Origin: Eledone cirrhosa
Taxonomy: Eukaryota
Assembly: GCA_964016885.1 (NCBI GenBank)
Contig: OZ024744.1
Coordinates: 6,448,001-6,512,000, forward strand
DNA: 64,000 nt
Reading direction: 5' to 3'
Each line of letters begins with the position of its first letter. Within the stretch, counting starts at the first letter, position 1. Positions 41,572-53,700 of the stretch are shown piece after piece. The notes beneath the pieces are model-generated. The model worked only from the letters and a program-made list of their open reading frames with translations, searched no databases and had not been told where the DNA came from. The position numbers and the translations under genes were made by a program.

Positions 41572-43074
41572 CTAGCAGCCATACCCGGCGTTGCCCGGGT
41601 GTAAGTCTACCATTAGTAAATATTTTTTTTAAAGAGAAAACAACGTAGCACGAAGCCCCCCAAAACATTTATTTTTAATCATAAGAAGTATGTGTTGTTC
41701 GATTAAAAACGGTAAAATGTTATGGCATATGAAAGGTGAATGAGTGTAAAAGTGTGACGTTGACGCGGTGAAGCTCCAAACGCGAACTATGCCACAAGGA
41801 AGTCAGCAGCCCAAAAGTGAGTCACATGGAATTTATGACAATAATGTAGGATGTTTGGCAATTCAGGGACTGAAGTCGTTGCGGGATGACGGAGATAATG
41901 TATGACGACTTTGAGTGAAAGGTACAAATGAGGGGGGTGCCATACGTTTGCTACAGTAGAAACATGTAAATTGTTCGTTATGCATTGCGTATATGTAGGC
42001 ATTCTAATGATTTATGTAGTTTGAAATGCTTACCATTCTGTATAGTTGTGGCAGCCAATAGAAACTGTGACGTTGCTTTCCTTAGACTGATTGCAGTGAC
42101 ATAGACCAAACATGAAGGACGCTCAAAATTCCCCAACACAAATTCTGCACCAACCTCGATTGCAAAAGTAACAGAGAATAACGAATAGCGATTATTACGC
42201 CAAAAGAAAAATGCTGAAGCAACTTCTATTGCACGAGATGCAGGAAACGAAACACAACGTTCGATGCGACAACAAATAAATGATGAGGCAACTGCTGCTG
42301 CTTGAGGTGCAGGAAACGATTCTCAACCCTCACTGCGACAGAAAACAAATATTGAGGCAACGTCTATTGCAGGAGAGTCAGAGAACCACAGCGTTCATTA
42401 CGGCGGCATAGAAATGCTGCGGCAACCTCCGCAGCTCGTGCTGCATCAACCGAAACACAGCGTCAACTGCGGCAGCAAAGAAGTGTGAGTCAACGTCTTC
42501 TCTTTGAACTGTATCAACCGAAACACAGCGTCAACTGCAGCAGCAAAGACATGTGAATCAACGTCTGCTGCATGCGCTGGCGAATCCATGGAAAACTGGC
42601 TCAACCAACCAGGGGGGAACGTGCATTTCAATATATTGTAGCTCAAAGTGGTCACAAGGTTTACAGTCGAAAAGTATGGTGCTATGAATTTCAAAAAGGC
42701 AGTATGTCTACAATTTGGTAATTATTGAAAGCAGCGAGGTATTTGATTGTTAGAAGACGGTTTGTGTCGCAGCTTAAAGCCCGGTCCAGTGCCTCCAAAG
42801 CTCCTTTTTGAGCCATGGTACATTCATCTCAAACTATAAGTTCACACCTTTTAAGCAGTTCTGCCTTTTCTGATCCTTTGGTAATACTGCAGCAGGGTGT
42901 ATCATTTGATGTCATATTGAGGGGGAGTTTGAAGGCTGAATGTGCTGTCCTGCCCCCAGGAAGCAAGGTTGCTGCAATACCGGAAGACGCAACAGCAAGT
43001 GCTATGTGTCTGTGTTGTCGAACCTTGGCAAGGAGAAGCTGTGTGACAAAAGTCTTCCCTTATATACATATATA

Positions 43075-43162
<88 letters not shown>

Positions 43163-43471
43163 AACACACACACTCACGCACGTAAACGCTCAGACGCACG
43201 CAAACTCACGCACGCACGTGTGCATGTGCACACACATGTTAATAGATTTAACTCTTACTGGAACGCTGCACGAACACACACACACGAACACACACGCACA
43301 CATGTTAATTAGTTATAGCTTTCCTTCCCCTCTTCCACTGTCATCGTGTATCAAACATAGCGTCTGTCGCGCTCTCTCTCTCTCACTCTCTCTCTCTCCG
43401 GCTATCCCCCTCTTTTAGTCTGTCTGTTTCTTTCACTCTCACTCTTTCTTTTTCATTTTTATAGATATAGA
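41572..43471 (-). mobile_element. Non-autonomous deletion derivative of Helitron 2
   Basis: 41572-42772 matches 34667-35864; 42773-43059 is similar to 36793-37079; 43160-43471 is similar to 40860-41197. Both termini present. Confidence 0.9.
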
Positions 43472-43486
43472 TATACATATATATGT

Positions 43487-43519
<33 letters not shown>

Positions 43520-43724
43520 CGGTTCCTTCCCTCCCTCCCCCGTTTTCCCAATAACTTATCCAGTTATTGACGCCCTCGGGTCAGATAAATATAGCAGAGA
43601 GAGAGAAATATTACCTTTAAATCATTATCACTTAGAAATAATGTTTAAATAATTAAAATATACACAGACATTTATATAATGTGAAATGAAACAGGAAGAC
43701 CCATATATATATATATATATATAT

Positions 43725-44334
43725 GAGAGACGTAAAATAAGAAAATTATAAAATTAACTTACTAAAATTTCACTCCCAACTAATTAGTTTCTGAAATGGA
43801 ATAAATATACTTTCCGAAGAAAATATAGAGAAGCATTTCGTCGTCAGGGAAGTCTATTCTCAGCTAAGTATCCAGGCAAAGCGTGGACTCTGGAAACTTA
43901 TACAAAAATAATTCAGTGGATAGAAAATAGCAAAGCGTGGACTGAATTCCTAGCCATTGAGAAAATCACTGCCTCTGCGTCGGTGGCAAATTCAAAAAGA
44001 ATCAATCACGTGACATCGAGGTCAATTAGTGGAAAGTGGTTTGTTAAGAAGACAGCGGCCTGCCTGCTACCATAGCAGCAGTTTTGGCCAATATTGCTCG
44101 ACAAATAATTTCGAGATAATTATAAAGAATTAATATCTAGTAACATATATATACATACAGATGCATATCAATGCTAGCAAATATATAGGTTTTGTCTTAG
44201 TAACTTTGTGGTTCAATGCATGGGGCAGTAGGCAGTGATTGAACCACAAAGTTACTAAGACAAAACCTATATATTTGCTAGCATTGATATGCATCTGTAT
44301 GTATATATATGTTACTAGATATTAATTCTTTATA
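43725..44334 (-). mobile_element. ORF-less PLE-type fragment with hammerhead and 97-bp inverted arm (44121-44217 / 44238-44334)
   Basis: Perfect inverted repeat plus HHR; flanked by (TA)n. Confidence 0.65.
43772..43853 (-). ncRNA. Type-I hammerhead ribozyme
   Basis: acttcc-CTGACGA-c-gaaatg...catttc-a-GAAAC-TAATTA-GTT-gggagt. Confidence 0.8.
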
Positions 44335-44779
44335 TATATATATATATGTTTGTGTGTATGTATATATATAAATATGTGTTTGTGTTTACATATATATATA
44401 TCTATATGTATGTTTGTGTGAATATATAAATGTGGGTGTTTGTGATCTACTATATACACTGATCATAGACACACACACCTACACGCACATATATATACAC
44501 ACACACACTCATATATATATATATATACATACAACAACACCGCCAGCTCTCTCTTCTATTCTCCTTCTCTCTCTCTCTCGCTCTCTCTCTTTATGAATGT
44601 GGCCATGTACCTAAATCAGAAACCATTATTATCAATATATACATATGTCAGTAAAGTTATTTATGAATCGCTGAGGAGGATAGTGGCATATGAAATTTCA
44701 ACAGAGAGTGTTTGAAAAATCTTCTTTACACGGCGATATTGCATTTAAATACAATTTGTTTACATAGATCAGGCTGCAA

Positions 44780-44925
44780 ATTGATAGAGTTCTTACAACG
44801 TCGGATAGAATCCTTTGTAGTATCAGTTTTGGCTCTCTGACTTCAAAACCCGCCGAGATCAACTTCGCTTTCATCCTTTCGAGGTCGATAAATAAAGTAC
44901 CAGTCAAGTACCGGAGTCGATTCTT
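44780..44925 (+). mobile_element. Degenerate SINE (family of 46254); another degenerate minus-strand copy near 45190-45400
   Basis: cccgccgagatcaacttcgctttcatcctttcgaggtcgataaataaagtaccagt. Confidence 0.65.
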
Positions 44926-45794
44926 CTTCTATATCTCTTTCTTACGCCCTTACTCTCTCATTTTCTATCCCTCTCTGAAAGAAATCTGCTGTATTCAGAC
45001 CTGGAGAGGATTGGGCTCCGCCAAGTTGAAAGAATGCCTCAGGAGTTATGGCACCATACAATGCATCGATAGCATGACCTTCATACCACTGCAGTGGTAG
45101 ATAGCGACAATCTTTCTCCACCACACTGAAGCTTGCATGATCAGTTTTGGTTTCGTCGTCGTCTGATTAGATTTAGCCATCCATGGAATTTGAATACCTT
45201 AGGCTCGAATTTAAACTTAGAGAGTCAAAGTACCGAAAGTAATATTGTAAGGCATGTCTTCGGAGGCTTTAAAAATTCGGCCATTCCACTGCCATTGACT
45301 AGTAATTTATTTCATCGACCCCGAAAATATGAAAGGAAAAGTTGACCTTGATGAGTGCAGATTCGGAAGAAATGCTGTGAAATAATTTACCAGAGATACT
45401 AGTGACCCTGTCAATATAAGTTTAGACAAGACTGAGATATATTTAGTTCACGTTAGAATTAAAACATTCGATCACTGACCACCCGCTGTTTTCTCGTTCT
45501 GTGATGCAAAACTGTTTAAGGTGTTTATATTTATATAAAAAAAAACCTCCCATCACGATTTTATGTAAGAAACTTTGTTAAGTTATGTTCCAAAAGTCCG
45601 ATTAATAAAGACAAATTTAATTCCAAATTTTTTATTATTTTCAAAATTATTTGAAAATAATAGGAAACAGAAATGTAGTAATGGAAGGCATAACGGTAAT
45701 TTCAACATTAAGTTTATACATATGGAAATTCTTAGAATCGATTTAGGCTATCAATCATCGATATCCAATGTCGCCAAAGTTCAAGACTGTTCCG

Positions 45795-46230
45795 GCGGCA
45801 CGCCACCTGGAATAATATAAGAAGGAGCCTTGAGGCGTCCAATTTCCCATGGCAACTGGAACCTGTCGGCCTGAACCGTGGTAATAGTGAATATCTTCCC
45901 GTTCAAGGGAGGTAAATTTCTAATATGGGACGCCATGAACAGTGAGACGTTCTCCGCCTCCAACATTATCACTTTAGCCACAACCCCGGACACTGCCACA
46001 CGTAACCTGATAGAAGAGAAAGATACATAAGTAGCAGGATTTCAATGACAGCTTCCTTTCCGCGTAGGTGAACTTTGAGAGACCTTCTGTATACCCTGTT
46101 GTCCCGTACTACATGGAATGGCTGACGTAGCGGATGTGACGGGCTATTCTCAGCGGCAATGCTGTCGCCAACTTGTGCGTGGGACGCAACTGAGAGACAC
46201 CGCCAAGCAACAGATGGAGATATTGCCTCC
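45795..46230 (+). mobile_element. Degenerate CRE-like non-LTR retrotransposon RLE fragment
   Basis: RHATWNNI.RRSLEASNFPWQLEPVGLNRG...FPFKGGKFLIWDA...AILSGNA resembles the CRE C-terminus (EP.GL.R...G..L.WD.T...RGNA). Confidence 0.55.
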
Positions 46231-46253
46231 TTCCCTACACATGTCACTTTTTG

Positions 46254-46442
46254 TGGGTGGATTGGCAGTATCGGTAGAGGGTCGGACGCCATGCTTTGAC
46301 GCATAAAGTTACGGCCCTTGCCATTCTGAGTTCAAATCCCGCCGAGGTTAACTTTGCCTTTCATCCTTACGGGGTCGATAAAATAAAGTACCAGTAATGC
46401 ACTGGTTTTTTGCTGGCCTTCTGCCGAAAGTAGAAACAATTA
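46254..46442 (+). mobile_element. tRNA-derived SINE of the type abundant in octopus genomes
   Basis: A-box tggcagtatcgg, B-box gagttcaaatcc, body ctttcatccttacggggtcgataaaataaagtaccagt. Confidence 0.8.
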
Positions 46443-46556
46443 TTTAGTTCTTCTCTCTCTTCCTGTATATTAAAGTATGTCTTCGTCATTAGACATTTCT
46501 TTTTAAACAAGTCAAACCCATGAGATAAACTGGAATCTTGAACAGAAAACATTCAC

Positions 46557-46651
46557 TAGTGGTAGTGGTAGTGGTAGTAGTAGTAGTAGTAGTAGTGCTG
46601 TTGGTGGGGGTAGTAGTAGTAGTAGTAGTAGTAGTAGTGCTGTTGGTGGGG

Positions 46652-46693
<42 letters not shown>

Positions 46694-46738
46694 CTGTTGG
46701 TGGGGGTAGTAGTAGTAGTAGTAGTGCTGTTGGTGGGG

Positions 46739-46789
<51 letters not shown>

Positions 46790-46815
46790 CTGTTGGTGGG
46801 GGTAATAGTAGTAGT
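46557..46815. repeat. Compound satellite (GTA)n-gtgctgttggtggggg, about five units
   Basis: Direct reading. Confidence 0.9.
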
Positions 46816-47173
46816 AGCAACAGCAGCAGCAGCAGAAGCAGAAACACCAGCAGCAGCAGCACAAGCAGCAGCTATAGCAGCAATGAAAATAAATATATCA
46901 ATAATTGATAGCTTTTGATTTGTAAAATGTCTGATCTCTAATTGTTAATATCTCACTAATCAATAGTTATATATTGATTTTCTGCCGCTGGTTTTGTATC
47001 ATTTCACAGCATACGGGTAGATTGTTATTCTTGTGGTCGCTTCTTTTGCACCCGTTTCAATGTCGTTTTGACAGACGAGAGGCGTTGGTATAGAAGGGTG
47101 GCCTCATCTCACACAAGACTTTCTTAACGGAGGAAATATATCATTAGACAATCTACTACTAGTAGTAGTGCTG

Positions 47174-47255
<82 letters not shown>

Positions 47256-47745
47256 TACTTCTTCATTGACATTGTCTGACATGGAATAAAATAAATTAAA
47301 AGAAGGCATTCTATTGTGACTGTTGCCTTCAACACAAGGCTACTCAGCTTGTGTGTGAGTATATATATATATAGTAGTAGTAGTAGTAGTTTTTTCTTTC
47401 CTCTTCTATCTTCTCCTTCCTTTTTCTTTTTTCTTTTTTTCTTTTTTTCTCTCTCCCTTACATATTATCTTCTTCCAACAGTTTAATTTCAATAAACCGT
47501 TATCTTTTCAACCTTTCGGACACTCAGTTGCATACTCACTCATAACTTTGTATTACCCGAAATAAAGTAATATCTCCACTACCCAGGAAGCTCCAACCTT
47601 TAAGGTTGTCTTTTTTTCCGGGTATGTCAATATTTATTTATAAACCAAATCTGTATTTTATCACCATAATTTGCCTTGGTTGCCCTTGAAATATGTATAA
47701 TAAAATAAATATGGTTTTATAAATATAGTTTCCATTTATTAATAT

Positions 47746-47787
<42 letters not shown>

Positions 47788-47794
<7 letters not shown>

Positions 47795-50700
47795 GTGAGG
47801 TTTATTTTACAAAATGAAATCGAACCGAGGTGTCCTACACGAGTGAAAGTATAAGGAAAAATGATGAAATCGAAAATGCAACTGGAGTCTTTTTAACATT
47901 TTTTAATAAAAAATATATATTTATTTGGTTCCTTTACCGGTTTCGCAGTTCTTCTACTTTTCAAAAGTAGAATCGAAATGGAGGGTTTGTGGTTTTTCTC
48001 ACACTGGTTGGTCTTTGTATGTTATTCCTGGAAAAAAGTGGATCGAAATGCCAGGCTTTTGGAGAAGTAATTTGGTTGGTTGGTGAATAAGTATAATAAA
48101 TTTCGCGCCAGTTCATGTTACAAGTTATTATATTTGCCTTGAAACAAAGGGCTCGGGTTATTTTTTCATATATGAGTGAAGTTTGGTTGGTTGATGCAGT
48201 CACGTGAATAAGCACATCAGCTTTCGCGCCAGTTTGTGTTTGAATTTCTTTTTACTTAAAAAAACCTGGCTGACGAAGGCTTTCTTTTGTTAAATGTAAT
48301 TTGATTGGTTATAAACGAAATTATGACTGCCACGAGAACAAGTACATTAAATTTCGCGCCCGCATTTTTGAATTTTTTTTATAGCCATTTAGAGAATTTT
48401 GTGCCAAACAAAAGATAATGGTCAAGAAAAAGGGATGGAGAGAGTTGTTCTGAATATGACCGATGTGCTGAAATGTAATCTGATTGGTTATAAATGAAAT
48501 TATGACTGTCACGTGAACATTAAATATTGCGCGCGTATTTGGGAATTTATTTTGTAACGTTTAGAACATTTTGTGCCAAACAAAAGATAATGGTCAAGGA
48601 AAATCGGATGGAGAGAATTGTTCTGGTTCAGTGAATATGGCTGGTGTGCTGGTGCCTTTAATTCTTGAAGTCTTTTATTTCACGTTTTATAATTGGAGAC
48701 AAATTCTTCTTGCTAGGTTAAAGGGATGTTCGTCTTCGTGTGCTTTGGATGGAGGTGGATAGCAGGTACTGTTCGGAATCTGTTGGTTTGTAGTGTATGT
48801 CAGTTTCAATATTTGTGTCTTTTTTAAAGATTATGATGTCCAGAAATGGGAGTTGATCTTGGCTGTATTCCATTGTGAATTGGGTGTGCTTATTGGTGCC
48901 GTTAATTAAATTTTTGAAATCATTTAGTTGGTCGAGTGTGTGGTACCAAAGAATGAGACAATCATCCAAGTAGCGTTTCCAATTCTCTGATAAATATTTG
49001 TGGAAGTTCAATCCGTATTTTGATTTGGACTGTTCATATATCTGGACTTCTAAAGACACAATAATAGTGTCGTTGTTGACATGTTTGGGGAGGTGGTTTA
49101 AGAGGTCCAGATCGTCTCTTACAAGGCTTGGTATGTGTTTGAGAATTGGTTTTAGTAGTATGTCTATAAAGTTGCTCAGTCTGTGTGTTTCACATTGTGG
49201 GCCCGCTACAATTGGTCTTAATTTAAGGTATGTGGGGTATTGTGTGTTCACGTAGGCTGAGGTGGATTGTTTACAGGCATCGTTAATTATTTTACACTTG
49301 TGGATCTTCGGAAGTCCGTAAAGGTTGCTGGTTTTGTATTCAAAATGTGTTAAATAATCGCGTTCCTTTTTAGTTAAGTCTTCCTGGTATCGACAAATCA
49401 GTGTGTTTAATCTGGTCATTGTTTTTGATTGCTGGTAGTTTTTTACTCTTTCATAGTAATTAGTATTTTGTAAGAGAGAGAACATAGAATTTTTATTTTT
49501 TCAGCCTCCATAATGACAACAGTACTTCCATTGTCCACTTCCTTAATTATAACGTCCGTATTGTTTTTTAGTTCATGGATAATCTCCCATTCCCTTCGAC
49601 TCGTGTTGGGTTTGGGTTTAGGTTGCGGTAGTTCATGGTATGGGAAAATAGCTATGTGGTCACAAAATTTGTCCAGAACTCTGTTTCTACCTTTTGTTGG
49701 GTTGTAGCTGCTTTTATTCCGTACAATTGGTTGGTCGTTATTCTCCTTGTAAAAGAATTCCCCTGTGAGACGTAATTTTCTACAGAAGTGTGAGATATCG
49801 TCATTTATCTCATTGAGATTAGAATATTGTGGTGTTGGTGTGAATATCAGTCCTTTGGATAGAGTTTTAATTTGTTGGGCTGAGAAGTTTGTATTTGAAA
49901 GGTTGATTATTTTCGGTTTTTCAAAATCGGTTTGTGCCACGGGTGTCGTGGGTCCTGTAGCCTTGGTCTACATTGTTTTTTCATGAATATTATTATATCT
50001 AATGGCATTTCCCCTGTCGTTGTGTGGTCTTGTATAGAAGTTTCGGACATATTGAGGTTCGGTTTGTTGATGGTCCGGGTTGTAGATTTTGTTCCTTTGT
50101 GTGGGTTGGGATCTACGATTTTGGAACAGGTTCTGTGACGGTTGGGTCTACGGTTTTGGAAAATGTTTTGTGTGTGTTGTGATATGCGGATCGGGTCCTG
50201 TCTTGTGTTGGCGGGACATTCGGTTTTTGTTAGTAGGGTTATAGTTTTGTCTATGGGTTCTGGGATTATCGTCATAGTTTTGCTGGGGGTATGTTGGACG
50301 TTTTGTTACTTTTTTGTTATTTGTTGTGCATGTGGTGTGTGAGTTTTAATTTGTTTTAAAAATGGGTTACCTGTATGTTGTTTATTTTTGAAATCCATTT
50401 CGTAGTTGTTGAACCAGGTGGCGTTTTGGTCCCATCGCTGGAGGGATGTTAGTTCTTCATCCTCACAGTTTTCTTTCCAAAGTTTGAATGTTTTTTCATA
50501 GAATAGGCCTTCAGAGTGCCTTGAGATTTCTGTTTCCATTTGTTGGTCGAGTGACTTGAATTTTTCTTTGTTGGAGTTGGCTCTTCATCGCAACAGTTCT
50601 ATTTCTATGGTAAACGTTTCTAACGCCATCTTTTCCCTAAGTTTTCTTGTTCATTTTGTTTATTCATGGATGGGTTTTATTTGGAGTTTTTTGGGTAGGA

Positions 50701-53700
50701 TGATTGAGGTAGAGTTTATCCACTTTTCATATATGTCTGCATTACCAATATTTTTTAAGAGATTCCAAAATGCGAAATTGCAGGCGGTTAGCTTTTGAGT
50801 CCATATATTGATTAGGGTGTTTTCAAGTGAGTTGTCATATCGTAGATTGGGTTCTAATGGTTGATTTTTAGATTTTGGAGCTTTGCTGTTTCAATGGTTT
50901 TGATTAGTTTAGCTAATGCTGGAGTAATATTCGTCTATTGGGTATTTTCTGCTTCTTCGTAGGGTCCTTTTTTATAAATATGTATTTGGTCCACTTTGTT
51001 GGTCACAATTGAAACTTTGGTGGAAATCTCTTTGAGTTCATTTAAGATGTCCTGGTTCAGTAAGTTGTCGTTTTGTTGAAACTTTGATGGCATTTTCGGT
51101 CTTCGTGTGGTGGGTATGCATTAGAAAGGGAGTTTATTTTTACAAAACGAAAACTAACCGAGGTGTCCTACACGAGTGAAAGTATAAGGAAAAAAGATGA
51201 AATCGAAAATGCAACTGGAGTCTTTTTAACATTTTTTTAATAAAAAATATATATTTATTTGGTTCCTTTACCGGTTTCGCAGTTCTTCTACTTTTCAAAA
51301 GTAGAATCGAAATGGAGGGTTTGTGGTTTTTCTCACACTGGTTGGTCTTTGTATGTTATTCCTGGAAAAAAGTGGCTCGAAATGCCAGGCTTTTGGAGAA
51401 GTAATTTGGTTGGTTGGTGAATAAGTATAATAAATTTCGCGCCAGTTCATGTTACAAGTTATTATATTTGCCTTGAAACAAAGGGCTCAGGTTATTTTTT
51501 CATATATGAGTGAAGTTTGGTTGGTTGATGCAGTCACGTGAATAAGCACATCAGCTTTCGCGCCAGTTTGTGTTTGAATTTCTTTTTACTTAAAAAAACC
51601 TGGCTGACGAAGGCTTTCTTTTGTTAAATGTAATTTGATTGGTTATAAACGAAATTATGACTGCCACGAGAACAAGTACATTAAATTTCGCGCCCGCATT
51701 TTTGAATTTTTTTTATAGCCATTTAGAGAATTTTGTGCCAAACAAAAGATAATGGTCAAGAAAAAGGGATGGAGAGAGTTGTTCTGAATATGACCGATGT
51801 GCTGAAATGTAATCTGATTGGTTATAAATGAAATTATGACTGTCACGTGAACATTAAATATTGCGCGCGTATTTGGGAATTTATTTTGTAACGTTTAGAA
51901 CATTTTGTGCCAAACAAAAGATAATGGTCAAGGAAAATCGGATGGAGAGAATTGTTCTGGTTCAGTGAATATGGCTGGTGTGCTGGTGCCTTTAATTCTT
52001 GAAGTCTTTTATTTCACGTTTTATAATTGGAGACAAATTCTTCTTGCTAGGTTAAAGGGATGTTCGTCTTCGTGTGCTTTGGATGGAGGTGAATAGCAGG
52101 TACTGTTCGGAATCTGTTGGTTTGTAGTGTATGTCAGTTTCAATATTTGTGTCTTTTTTAAAGATTATGATGTCCAGAAATGGGAGTTGATCTTGGCTGT
52201 ATTCCATTGTGAATTGGGTGTGCTTATTGGTGCCGTTAATTAAATTTTTGAAATCATTTAGTTGGTCGAGTGTGTGGTACCAAAGAATGAGACAATCATC
52301 CAAGTAGCGTTTCCAATTCTCTGATAAATATTTGTGGAAGTTCAATCCGTATTTTGATTTGGACTGTTCATATATCTGGACTTCTAAAGACACAATAATA
52401 GTGTCGTTGTTGACATGTTTGGGGAGGTGGTTTAAGAGGTCCAGATCGTCTCTTACAAGGCTTGGTATGTGTTTGAGAATTGGTTTTAGTAGTATGTCTA
52501 TAAAGTTGCTCAGTCTGTGTGTTTCACATTGTGGGCCCGCTACAATTGGTCTTAATTTAAGGTATGTGGGGTATTGTGTGTTCACGCAGGCTGAGGTGGA
52601 TTGTTTACAGGCATCGTTAATTATTTTACACTTGTGGATCTTCGGAAGTCCGTAAAGGTTGCTGGTTTTGTATTCAAAATGTGTTAAATAATCGCGTTCC
52701 TTTTTAGTTAAGTCTTCCTGGTATCGACAAATCAGTGTGTTTAATCTGGTCATTGTTTTTGATTGCTGGTAGTTTTTTACTCTTTCATAGTAATTAGTAT
52801 TTTGTAAGAGAGAGAACATAGAATTTTTATTTTTTCAGCCTCCATAATGACAACAGTACTTCCATTGTCCACTTCCTTAATTATAACGTCCGTATTGTTT
52901 TTTAGTTCATGGATAATCTCCCATTCCCTTCGACTCGTGTTGGGTTTGGGTTTAGGTTGCGGTAGTTCATGGTATGGGAAAATAGCTATGTGGTCACAAA
53001 ATTTGTCCAGAACTCTGTTTCTACCTTTTGTTGGGTTGTAGCTGCTTTTATTCCGTACAATTGGTTGGTCGTTATTCTCCTTGTAAAAGAATTCCCCTGT
53101 GAGACGTAATTTTCTACAGAAGTGTGAGATATCGTCATTTATCTCATTGAGATTAGAATATTGTGGTGTTGGTGTGAATATCAGTCCTTTGGATAGAGTT
53201 TTAATTTGTTGGGCTGAGAAGTTTGTATTTGAAAGGTTGATTATTTTCGGTTTTTCAAAATCGGTTTGTGCCACGGGTGTCGTGGGTCCTGTAGCCTTGG
53301 TCTACATTGTTTTTTCATGAATATTATTATATCTAATGGCATTTCCCCTGTCGTTGTGTGGTCTTGTATAGAAGTTTCGGACATATTGAGGTTCGGTTTG
53401 TTGATGGTCCGGGTTGTAGATTTTGTTCCTTTGTGTGGGTTGGGATCTACGATTTTGGAACAGGTTCTGTGACGGTTGGGTCTACGGTTTTGGAAAATGT
53501 TTTGTGTGTGTTGTGATATGCGGATCGGGTCCTGTCTTGTGTTGGCGGGACATTCGGTTTTTGTTAGTAGGGTTATAGTTTTGTCTATGGGTTCTGGGAT
53601 TATCGTCATAGTTTTGCTGGGGGTATGTTGGACGTTTTGTTACTTTTTTGTTATTTGTTGTGCATGTGGTGTGTGAGTTTTAATTTGTTTTAAAAATGGG

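Noticed and set aside
46254-46345. tRNA gene
   Set aside because: A/B boxes are present but there is no cloverleaf, and it is followed by a SINE body found in several copies.
46557-46815. CRISPR-like repeat/spacer appearance
   Set aside because: The 'spacers' are (GTA)n of varying length; this is a eukaryotic compound satellite with no cas genes.
48262-48335. Plus-strand CTGACGA...GAAA in the array pLTR
   Set aside because: It is antisense to the element, lacks stems and is not conserved in the 57789 pLTR.
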